A DNA stretch of 64,000 nt, taken from NCBI GenBank assembly GCA_963843145.1, contig CAWJJC010000020.1, positions 160,001-224,000 on the forward strand. Reading direction: 5' to 3'. Position numbers and translations under genes: made by a program. This document shows positions 37,406 to 46,188 of the stretch, in pieces (the first letter of the stretch is position 1; each line of letters opens with the position of its first letter). The notes under the pieces were generated by a model, which did not search any database, was not told the DNA's origin, and saw only the letters and a program-made list of their open reading frames with translations. The DNA is from an uncultured delta proteobacterium (GTDB taxonomy: Bacteria > Desulfobacterota > RBG-13-43-22).

Positions 37406-38268
37406 TTCAGCAACAAAGAGTTCCAATCCTTGGAAAAACCGTTCATCCCCTTGATCGTCAGCTCATGGCTCAGATCAAATTCCTGCCAGGGTCGACTGAG
37501 GTCGATCTCCCGATAAGGGATCGCTTTTAAGCCCCCGGCAGCGTAATCAACCCCCGCCTCGGGAAGGGGAAGTCCCTGGTCGCCCCATTCCTTCAAGATG
37601 GCCGCGGGTGCGGTGATGATATCCGATCCCAGCTTCAAGGCATAAAGCAGATGATCTCTGGTTCTGACGCTGGCGCTCAGAACTTCCACATGGCCGTCTC
37701 CCGGCCCATACATCTGGAGAATGTGGGCGATCAGGTCCATTCCGTTTTCTCCCCGATCATCCAAACGGCCGATGAAGGGCGAGACGAAGACCTCCCCCTT
37801 CTTGGCCCCCCGGGTGGCCGCGTAAACGGCGGCCGCCTGCTCCTGGGAAAAACAGAGGGTCATATTGACCCGCAGCCCTTTTTGGACGGCCCCTTCGGCG
37901 GCCGTCAGCCCTTCCCGGGAAGTGGGAAATTTGATGTGGGCGTTGGGGATCCAGGAAAACATTTCCTGGCCCTGGACCAACATCCTTTCCGCCGGGGTGG
38001 CCGGGTCGGCATAGACTTCAATGGAGACGGACCCCTGAGGAATCAGCCTGGAGATCTCTCCGACCACCTGCCGGTAGAAGTCCAGGATCTCTCTTTCGCT
38101 GAACTTCCCCCCCTGGTCCAAATGCCGGCGCGCTTCCGGGTTTTTGGAGATGAGCGTCGGATTGGTCGTCTGACCGTCGAGGAATCCCAAACGACTGATG
38201 ATTTCCCTGGTTTCCTCCGGATTTCCCCCGTCGAGGAATATACGGCTCTTCAGCTTCTCCGGTCTCAT
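37402..38268 (-). CDS. tal: Transaldolase
   Basis: FLDG, TTNPTLI, SIEV (Glu), IKFP, NMTLCFS, SPFIGR (Phe); the Glu/Phe pair favours transaldolase over fructose-6-phosphate aldolase. Confidence 0.88.
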   Translation of the reverse strand: MRPEKLKSRIFLDGGNPEETREIISRLGFLDGQTTNPTLISKNPEARRHLDQGGKFSEREILDFYRQVVGEISRLIPQGSVSIEVYADPATPAERMLVQGQEMFSWIPNAHIKFPTSREGLTAAEGAVQKGLRVNMTLCFSQEQAAAVYAATRGAKKGEVFVSPFIGRLDDRGENGMDLIAHILQMYGPGDGHVEVLSASVRTRDHLLYALKLGSDIITAPAAILKEWGDQGLPLPEAGVDYAAGGLKAIPYREIDLSRPWQEFDLSHELTIKGMNGFSKDWNSLLLK

Positions 38269-38309
38269 AAAAACTCCTTTACTTTTTCCTGGGTTATTTT
38301 CAAACTGGA

Positions 38310-39866
38310 CTATTTTTCCTTTCCCTCCCCGACCTCACAACGCTGCAGGGCCTCATGGTAATGATGCAGATTGGGCATCAGCCAACTGCGGCCATCCCGG
38401 GCGATTAAATGTTCGGCGGACTCCGGCCCCCAGGTGCCGACCTGATAATTGGGAAAATTTGCGGGTACCACCTCTTCCCAGGCTTCCAAAATAGGCGTAA
38501 TAACATTCCAGGCCGCTTCCGCCTGATCCGCGCGCATGAAGAGCGTGGCATTGCCCAGCATGACATCCAGAAGCAAGGTTTCGTAGGCCTCCGGAGAGGA
38601 GACCTTAAAGGCCTCCTGATAATAAAACTCCATATCCACCGGGCTCAGACGCAAGGCCTGACCCGGGTGTTTGGCCTGAAGGCGAAGCAGAATGCCTTCC
38701 AGCGGCTGGATGGAAATAAGCAGGCGATTCGGCCGCCAATCTAAAACTGTCGAGGAAGGGAAGATCTGATGGGGGACCGGCCGAAACTGGATATTGATCT
38801 CCGAAACCTTGGCCGGCAGGCGTTTTCCGGTACGTAAATAAAAGGGAACATCCTGCCAGCGCCAGTTGTCCACAAAGAGTTTGAGGGCGGCATAGGTCTC
38901 GGTCGAGGATTCGGGAGAGACGTTCACTTCGCCGCGATAACCGGGGACGTGTTCTCCCTCGATCCAGCCGGCTTCGTACTGGCCGCGGGCGGCAAATTTG
39001 TGTATCTCATCGATCGGAATAGGCCGGATGGCATGGAGGACATCCACCTTTTTATTCCGGATTTCATTGTCGTCAAAGGAGATCATGGGTTCCATGGCCA
39101 TCAGGCAGAGGACCTGGATAAGGTGATTCTGGATCATGTCGCGGAGCGCCCCGGCCTGTTCATAGTAATGGCCGCGCTGTCCGACTCCTACCTGCTCCGC
39201 CACGGTAATCTGCACATGATCAATGTAGCGTCGGCTCCAAATGGGCTCAAAGAGGGCATTAGCAAACCGGAAGGCCAGGATATTTTGGACGGTCTCCTTC
39301 CCCAGATAATGGTCAATGCGGTAAATCTGGGATTCGTCAAAGATCCGCGTCAGAAGCTTATTCAAAGATTTGGCCGAGGCCAGGTCCCGGCCGAAAGGTT
39401 TTTCGATCACAATCCGGGTTCGCTCCCGTTCCAGGGGGATCCGGGCCTTGCCCAACTGCTCCACCACGGTCTCAATGGCTTGCGGCGGCACGGCCAGATA
39501 AAGGATACGGACGGCCTTGACGCCCCATTCCTTATCCAGGGTGGAAAATTGTTTAGCCAGTTGGGAATAAATCGGGGGGGCGTCGAATTCGGCGTCCTGG
39601 AAGGTCAGGTGAGCGGCAAAGGCCTTCCATTTCCGGCCATCGGTTTCCTTTCGCCGGGAGAACTGGATCACCCCCTGACGTAACTGTTCAATCAACGCCT
39701 TGTCGCCCTGGGATTTGTGGCCCAGGCCGATAACCAGGAATTTTTCAGGCAACCACTGATCCAGAAAGAGATCATAGAGGGCCGGAATCAGCTTGCGCCG
39801 GGCCAGGTCGCCGCCCATGCCGAAGATAACAAAGACCGTCGATTGGGGATGGAGTTCAGCCGACAA
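38310..39866 (-). CDS. zwf: Glucose-6-phosphate 1-dehydrogenase
   Basis: GxxGDLA, EKPFG, RIDHYLGKE, RDMIQNH, LRTGKR; TTG start with AAGGAG RBS. Confidence 0.96.
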   Translation of the reverse strand: MSAELHPQSTVFVIFGMGGDLARRKLIPALYDLFLDQWLPEKFLVIGLGHKSQGDKALIEQLRQGVIQFSRRKETDGRKWKAFAAHLTFQDAEFDAPPIYSQLAKQFSTLDKEWGVKAVRILYLAVPPQAIETVVEQLGKARIPLERERTRIVIEKPFGRDLASAKSLNKLLTRIFDESQIYRIDHYLGKETVQNILAFRFANALFEPIWSRRYIDHVQITVAEQVGVGQRGHYYEQAGALRDMIQNHLIQVLCLMAMEPMISFDDNEIRNKKVDVLHAIRPIPIDEIHKFAARGQYEAGWIEGEHVPGYRGEVNVSPESSTETYAALKLFVDNWRWQDVPFYLRTGKRLPAKVSEINIQFRPVPHQIFPSSTVLDWRPNRLLISIQPLEGILLRLQAKHPGQALRLSPVDMEFYYQEAFKVSSPEAYETLLLDVMLGNATLFMRADQAEAAWNVITPILEAWEEVVPANFPNYQVGTWGPESAEHLIARDGRSWLMPNLHHYHEALQRCEVGEGKEK

Positions 39867-39875
39867 GGGGTCTCC

Positions 39876-41295
39876 TTATTCCGTGGTCCATTGGGTGTGG
39901 AAGATGCCCGGTCCATCAACCCGTTCATAGGTGTGGGCCCCGAAGTAATCCCGCTGGGCCTGAATGAGATTGGCCGGTAACCAGGGACTGCGAAGGCCGT
40001 CATAATAGGCCAGTGAGGCCATCAGACCAGGTACGGGGATTCCCAGCTCAACGGCGGTCGTTATCACCGTTCGCAAGGCATCCTGGCAGGGCTTCATCCG
40101 TTCGGCCAGATCAGGATCCAGGAGGGGATGGATCAAGTCCGGTTGAACCCGGTAGGCGGCCAGTATTTTTTCCAATAGAAAAGCCCGAATGATACAGCCG
40201 CCGCTCCAGATACGAACCACTTCCCCCAGATCCAAACCATAGTGATAGGTCCGGGAGGCCTTTCGGAGCAGGGTCAGACCCTGACCATAGGTCAGAATCA
40301 ACCCCCCATAAAGGGCTTCGCCGAGTTGGGCGATAAATCCTTCCCGCTTCCCCTGAAAAGGGAGGATACTCCTCTCCCGGCATCCGGCTGACGGCTTGCC
40401 TTTCCTGTTTACAACCGGACAGGTCCCGCATGACCACAGCCAGATCGATGGTGGGCACCGGTACCTGCAATTCCAGGGCATTCACGGAAGTCCACATTCC
40501 GGTCCCTTTTTGCCCGGCCTGATCCAGAATCTTATCGATCAAGCGGCCTCCGCTCTTCTCATCCTCCTGACGAAAGATCCGGGCGGTAATCTCGATTAAG
40601 TAGGCCTGGAGCTCGGTCTGATTCCAACGGTCGAAAATCAAAGACAAGGCATCGTTGTTCAAACCCAGTCCCTGTTTGAGAAGCTGGTAGGTCTCGGCGA
40701 TCAATTGCATGAAGCCGTATTCAATCCCGTTATGGACCATTTTAACATAGTGGCCGGCCGAACCGGGGCCCAGGTGGGCAACACAGGGGATATCCTTCAC
40801 CTTGGCGGCGATGGCCTCGAGGATCGGACGCACCCGTTCATAGGCTTGCGGAGTCCCGCCGGGCATCAGACTGGGACCGTAGCGGGCGCCTAACCCTCCT
40901 CCGGATATACCCAGTCCCAGATAAAGAAAACCCTTTCCGGCCAGTTCCCGCTCTCGACGATCGGTATCGCTGAAAAAGGAATTGCCGCCATCAATAATCA
41001 AGTCGTTTGGTTCCAGAAGGGGTAGAAGCTCCTGGATCAGCTCGTCCACCGGCCGGCCCGCGGAGATCAGCATCAGGACGGCCCGGGGTTTACGCAGGCG
41101 GCCCATGAATTCAGACAGGCTGTAGCCGGTTCCGATGGACCGCCCGGCGCCCTCCGTCTCCATAAATTCCTTTGTTTTTTCAGCCGTCCGGTTGTAGACC
41201 GCGATGGGAATTCCCTGGTCGGCAATATTTAGGGCCAGATTACGCCCCATCTCACCCAGACCAATCAGACCGATCTCATATTGATGTTCGCTCAT
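39876..41295 (-). CDS. gnd: 6-phosphogluconate dehydrogenase, decarboxylating, NADP-type (frameshift near 40370)
   Basis: GLGEMG, YNRT, DGGN, KMVHNGIEY, QKGTG; the second frame gives IWSGGCIIR and QAQRDYFGAHTY. Confidence 0.93.
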
Positions 41296-41380
41296 GTTTG
41301 CTCGCCTTTTCAAATAGCTACCTCAAAGGTTCCCCTTTCAGCCCCCATTTGACCAAGCGGGCCGGAGGGGATATATCAAC

Positions 41381-41409
41381 AATATAACACCACGGTCTTC
41401 TTAATCCAA
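41381..41409 (-). promoter_or_regulatory. Putative sigma70 promoter of the gnd-zwf-tal-nuo operon
   Basis: Minus strand TTGGAT-17 bp-TATATT with TG at the extended -10 position. Confidence 0.45.
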
Positions 41410-41455
41410 AGTTTTTTTATTCATCTAAGAGGGGATTCTTAGGAAGAACAATTAT

Positions 41456-42031
41456 TCATCCGCCATCCCTCAAATCGGTTCGCTTTCCGTCCGACGCCGG
41501 ATAAGTAATTTTATACCCCTGGACCTGGGCCCAGGCAGTGAGCAGGTGTTCCCGAGATTCGTCCGCTTTGAAAAGATGAGTCACCGGAATTCCCCGCACC
41601 AAAAGGGCATCGGCGATAAGTGACCTATGGCAGCGCCAGGGCAGAGTTTCCGCGCAGAGGAGGGTCAGGGTATGTTGGGAAGCCATTTCGATAAGGTCGT
41701 TTAGGTTTGACTCAAATTCATCCGTCTGCAGGTAATCGGCAAAGCCTCGGAAAGAGGCATTGCGCCAGCCCGTATTCGAGGAATCGGGACGTGCCTTCCT
41801 TAAGCCTCCCAGACCGGGCTTATGGAGATACCCGATCCCTTGTGAGCGCAGACTGTCCGGCAGCGTTTCCTGGTTGAATTGGGGATTGTGTCTCGACCGC
41901 GGGATGGTCCGAACATCAACCACCAGATCAATACTAAAGGATTGAAGAATGGCCATAAACAGCTCAAGAGGTCTGGTTCCATGCCCCAGGGTGAAAATCC
42001 GAGAGGCCTTCGAGCGAACTTTGCCGGGCAT
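41456..42031 (-). CDS. DUF488 family protein
   Basis: IFTLGHGT, VDVRTIPRSR, LGG, LLCAE..PWRCHR. Confidence 0.9.
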   Translation of the reverse strand: MPGKVRSKASRIFTLGHGTRPLELFMAILQSFSIDLVVDVRTIPRSRHNPQFNQETLPDSLRSQGIGYLHKPGLGGLRKARPDSSNTGWRNASFRGFADYLQTDEFESNLNDLIEMASQHTLTLLCAETLPWRCHRSLIADALLVRGIPVTHLFKADESREHLLTAWAQVQGYKITYPASDGKRTDLRDGG

Positions 42032-42046
42032 GGCGCTTACAACCTT

Positions 42047-44387
42047 TCATTTATGCCATTCATTCTTACGCCTTCCGTCTCCTATATCGACTATTCCCTT
42101 AGCAGGACCTCTCCCTGACGAATCGGCCTGGGGCGATCGGAGTGTTTCTCGATAAGTAATCAGGGCGGCCATGACCATGGGCACCACTCCCAGAAAGATA
42201 AAAATCAGGTCTCCGGGCATACGGCACCATTCGATGAAGCGCACAAAATCCTGGGTGACATAGGCCAGGCCCCGGGCGTGCCAGTACCCGTTTTGCAGCA
42301 CATCAACGAATTGCAGGACCCCGCCGGGAAATAAGTTTCCCAGGACCATCAGCGCCAGACCCAGGTTCAGCCCCCAGAAGGAAACCCGGATAAATTTTTC
42401 CGCTCGAACCCAGGCTTCGTCTTTCAGCACCTGACGGAAGGCCATGACGGTCAAGGCCATGGCCTCCATACCGAAAGCCCCCATCAGGGCGCTGTGGGCA
42501 TGGTTGGGCGTCAGCATCGTCCCCACCTCGAAATAACTGATGATGGGCAGGTTGATGAGAAACCCGAAAATCCCGGCCCCGACAAAATTCCAGAACCCCA
42601 CGGCCATTAAAAAATAAAAGGTCCACTTATGCGGCAGGGTCCTGGAGTGTCGCCTCCCCGGGTCACCTTGGACAAAATCCCAGGCATCCAGGGTCAGGAG
42701 AGTCAGCGGCACCACCTCCATGGCCGAAAACAGGGCCGAGAAGGCCAAATTAAAAGTAGGACTGGCCGGTCCAGTACCAGTGATGCCCGGTGCCGATGAT
42801 ACCGCTGCCCAGAAAGAGGATGGCATCCAGATAAATGACCCGGACCGCGGTCTGCCGGGAAACCAGCCCCATTCGGAAGAAAGTCACCGCCACCATGACC
42901 GTCACCAGCAGTTCCATGAACCCTTCCACCCAAAGGTGGATGATCCAAAAACGCCAGTTATCCACCAGGGTGTAGTTGGTGGTGCTGCCGAAAAAAAAAG
43001 CCGGCAGGTAAAAGAGGGGAATGGTTCCTGCCGCCACCAGGAAAAGGAGCGAGATTTCGCGGCGTTCCGGGTCGTTTAGGGCCGGTCTTACCTGGCGCCA
43101 GAGCAGAATGACCCAAACCGCCAGTCCAACGGCCAACAGCACCTGCCAGCCTCTGCCCAGATCCAGGTATTCCCATCCTTGGTGGCCGAACCAGAACCAG
43201 TACTTTCCCAGGAGATTATTGATTCCCAGGAACTCCCCCAGGAGGCTCCCCCCGACCACCAACACCAGGGCCCAAAACAGAAAATGAATACCTGGAATTT
43301 GTCCCCGGTGCTCTCCGCCATCCAAGGATGAAGCCAGCAGCAGCCCGCCTCCGATATAGGCGGTGGTGATCCAGAAAAGGGCCAGTTGCAGATGCCAGGT
43401 GCGCAAGATATTGCTCGGAAAAATCTGGTAGAGGTCAAACCCGTAAAAACTTCCCGGTTCTGCCCGTGAATGGCCTACCGCGGCGCCTATCAAGGTTTGG
43501 GCCAGAAAGAGCAGGGCCACAACGACGAAAAATTTGATGGTGGCCCGTTGGCTTGGCGTGGCCAGTCCCGGCAACAGGGCGGGATTGGGCCTAGGCGCCC
43601 CTCTCCAGCCCAGGTAGCTGAACTTGCCGAGGGCAAAGAGAATGGCGGCTGTCCCGGCCAGCAGGGTTATCAGGCTCAGGGCACTCCAGAGATAAACCTC
43701 TGGCGTCGGGGTGTTACCCACCAGCGGGTCATAGGGGAAATTATTGGTATAAGAATAAGACCGGCCGGGACGCCGGGTTACAGCGGCCCAGGCAGTCCAG
43801 GCAAAAAAGGCTGTAAGTTGCCGCAGCTCGACCGGGTCTTGGATATACTTGGCCTTCAAGCCTCCATTGAGGGCCGGGTGGACGAAATAATCCGTCCAGC
43901 GGACCACCTGCCTTTGAAAGGACAGTTCCTCGGGCCTTTGAAACAGCAAAATTCGGGTTCGGGGATCATAGCGGTTTTCTTTGAGCAGCTCCCGGGTCCG
44001 AGCCTTCAGCGCCTCGTTTTCTTCGGGAAGCAGCTCCGGGGGATTCCGGCCGAAGCCAGAACGGGCCAGGAAGAAGCCGGTATCCAGCGCTAGGGTATGC
44101 AGATATTCGGCTGAGAAGTCCGGTCCCAGGTAGGCGCCGTGTCCCCAGATGGTGCCGTTTTCCATCAGCCCATACTTGAGGAAGACCTGCTGGCCGGCCC
44201 GGATGTCCTCACCGGTAAAGAGGGTCTCCCCAGCTTCGTTGACCACTTTAGCGGGGACAGGCGGCGCCCCTCGGTAGGCTAAGATGGCAATCCAGCCCTG
44301 GATGCCGAAACAGACCAAGAGGATAAAGATGACGGCCCGCCGCCACCAGGGAGAGACTTCCTCGCTCTGTTGTTCCTGATCTACCAT
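42047..44387 (-). CDS. norB: Quinol-dependent nitric oxide reductase qNOR (+1 frameshift near 42760)
   Basis: GTIWGHGAYLGPDF, SYTNNFP, TWHLQL, IHLWVEG..E, GTGHH; after the shift SAMEVVPL and HAHSAL. Confidence 0.92.
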
Positions 44388-44687
44388 ACTATTTCTCCGG
44401 CCTCCCGTCCAGGATCCCCGGTGTTGATGAAATCAAAGCAAAAAGACGGGGAATTCGGAACTTTTATTTTGATAATACCATAGTAGGTTTCAAGGGGTAA
44501 ATAGAGTCAATTGACTATTTTTAAACCGAAAAAGCTGTATTTATTCATGACATCCTGTTTTAATCCTCTTCTTTCAGAATATTTCCAAAGGCGGTCTAAC
44601 GATGATCCGGTAGAGGGGATAGATTTGTTGACGGCTGCCTCCAAAAGGTTCTCTTTCAAGTTTGGCCAATCAACTTAGAGCCCCCCC

Positions 44688-45410
44688 CTATCCCTTGCTA
44701 TCCCCTCTTCCTTGGACCAGTACCTCCCTGATATATTGAAAAAGCTCTTTGGCTTGACTAAGGGAAATCTGAGTATCAGGGAACGAGGGCATGGGCGCCT
44801 TAGGATGACGAATCAAAGGAATAAAGGCATCGAGATCCTTCAACTTGGATGAATTTCTGATCGGTCGGTCAGGCCTGATTAAATTTCCTCCTTGGGGATG
44901 ACAAATGACGCAGTTAGCTACGAATATTTTTTCTCCGGCGACGTAGGCTCTTGCACCCTTTGGCGTTTTTTCTTCGTAAACCAATTGGGCGCCAAAAAAG
45001 CCTAAAAGAACCACGATAAAAAGGCCAAGCGTATAGATAATCAGCAGGGCCTTTGACTTGGATTCCTTCTTAAATTTGAAAAATAGGGTCGCCGACAGTA
45101 AAAGAATGAATAAGATCCCTGACAAAACCATCTTTATCTTTATAGGAAGCAGCCAGGCGCCCCGATAAAAATGCTGCCAATCCATCAGACCGAACAGAAC
45201 AACCGGAAACCAAAAGAGAAAAGCCAGAATGATGCAATGGCCTGCAGATCGGACAAGCCCCTCCTTTTTGGAAAGGAGCCCCAGCCAGCCGAATATAAAT
45301 GCCCCGGCCACCAAGCCTATAGGCAGGTGAACCAAAGCGGGATGGATAGGATGTTTATATCCAAACTGACCTGCGAGTTGGTAAAAATAGTTGGCCCATG
45401 ATTCGATCAT
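44688..45410 (-). CDS. DUF2231 membrane domain fused to a C-terminal cytochrome c6-like domain
   Basis: HPIHPALVHLPIG, 4 TM, G..LVY, then CVICH...PMPSF. Confidence 0.8.
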   Translation of the reverse strand: MIESWANYFYQLAGQFGYKHPIHPALVHLPIGLVAGAFIFGWLGLLSKKEGLVRSAGHCIILAFLFWFPVVLFGLMDWQHFYRGAWLLPIKIKMVLSGILFILLLSATLFFKFKKESKSKALLIIYTLGLFIVVLLGFFGAQLVYEEKTPKGARAYVAGEKIFVANCVICHPQGGNLIRPDRPIRNSSKLKDLDAFIPLIRHPKAPMPSFPDTQISLSQAKELFQYIREVLVQGRGDSKG

Positions 45411-45563
45411 TGGGAAGGCCCTCCACTAAGGGTTCGAAACCCTAAAAAGGGTTTTAGTCTCCAGGGACATTTTCCTTTGCGCACTTAGATCATTTCGCCA
45501 AGTCTTGGGAGATAAAATTGTCAAATAAAAAAAGGAGAGGTCTTGAACCCGGCGCCAAGAGGG

Positions 45564-46025
45564 TTAGCCTCTGATATTGTCCTGGGCCTCTCGACTCTCG
45601 ATACGCTTTTTGAGGGCCTGGCTCATCTTATCGAACCCCAGGCGGATATTTCCGGCCATCCTCCCCCATAATAGGGGAACCAGTAGCCCGCTAAACAGCT
45701 CTTTTTGTACAAATTTGACTTTTGACCCTCCCAACGGTTCAATGGCGAAAAGGTGTTCCCCGTCAAAAATTTTGGGTACCAGCCAATGGCCCACCCAGCG
45801 AAATTCATGTTCGACTTCAACCCTTAAAAGCACCGGCCGGATGGTTATCTTTGGAAAGTGGGGGGTCTGGACTACGGCCTTCAGTCGCGAGCCGGTCTGA
45901 AGGGTTCCGGCGATTCGAAGGATAAAGGGATTCCACTCGGGGTAGCGATTGAAATCGGTCAATACTTCCCAGACCCGGGTTGCTGTCCCCTCGATTTCGA
46001 TTTCGGTTTCAATGCTTCTGGTCAT
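45564..46025 (-). CDS. SRPBCC (START/polyketide cyclase-like) lipid-binding protein
   Basis: IETEIEI, VWEVLTDFNRYPEWNPF, FDGEH.F, ALKKRIE. Confidence 0.85.
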   Translation of the reverse strand: MTRSIETEIEIEGTATRVWEVLTDFNRYPEWNPFILRIAGTLQTGSRLKAVVQTPHFPKITIRPVLLRVEVEHEFRWVGHWLVPKIFDGEHLFAIEPLGGSKVKFVQKELFSGLLVPLLWGRMAGNIRLGFDKMSQALKKRIESREAQDNIRG

Positions 46026-46098
46026 GGAATGATTCCCGGCCAAACCGATCTCTTGACCCTGAAGTCCATTTGGCCCGCTCTCTCTAGCAGAGAGACGC

Positions 46099-46170
46099 TT
46101 CGCCCTTTTTGGGGGGGTACCCTCCATCTACGGTGGGACCGCCGGGTCTCGCCAAAAGGGTTTCCCAAAA
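46099..46170. repeat. Single arm of repeat family B
   Basis: TCGCCCTTTT...CCGCCGGGTCTC.CCAAAAGGGTTTCCC has the same layout as the left arm at 32408-32490. Confidence 0.6.
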
Positions 46171-46188
46171 GAATGTCCAGGGCCGAGG

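Noticed and set aside
42047-44387. qNOR as an NO dismutase, or as a genuine two-subunit enzyme
   Set aside because: Canonical HLWVEG, GTGHH and quinol-site His motifs are present; the split falls inside a conserved region and one base repairs it.
45420-45560. Short dyads (AGGGTTCGAAACCCT and others) as another family B copy
   Set aside because: Similarity is too short and patchy to support.
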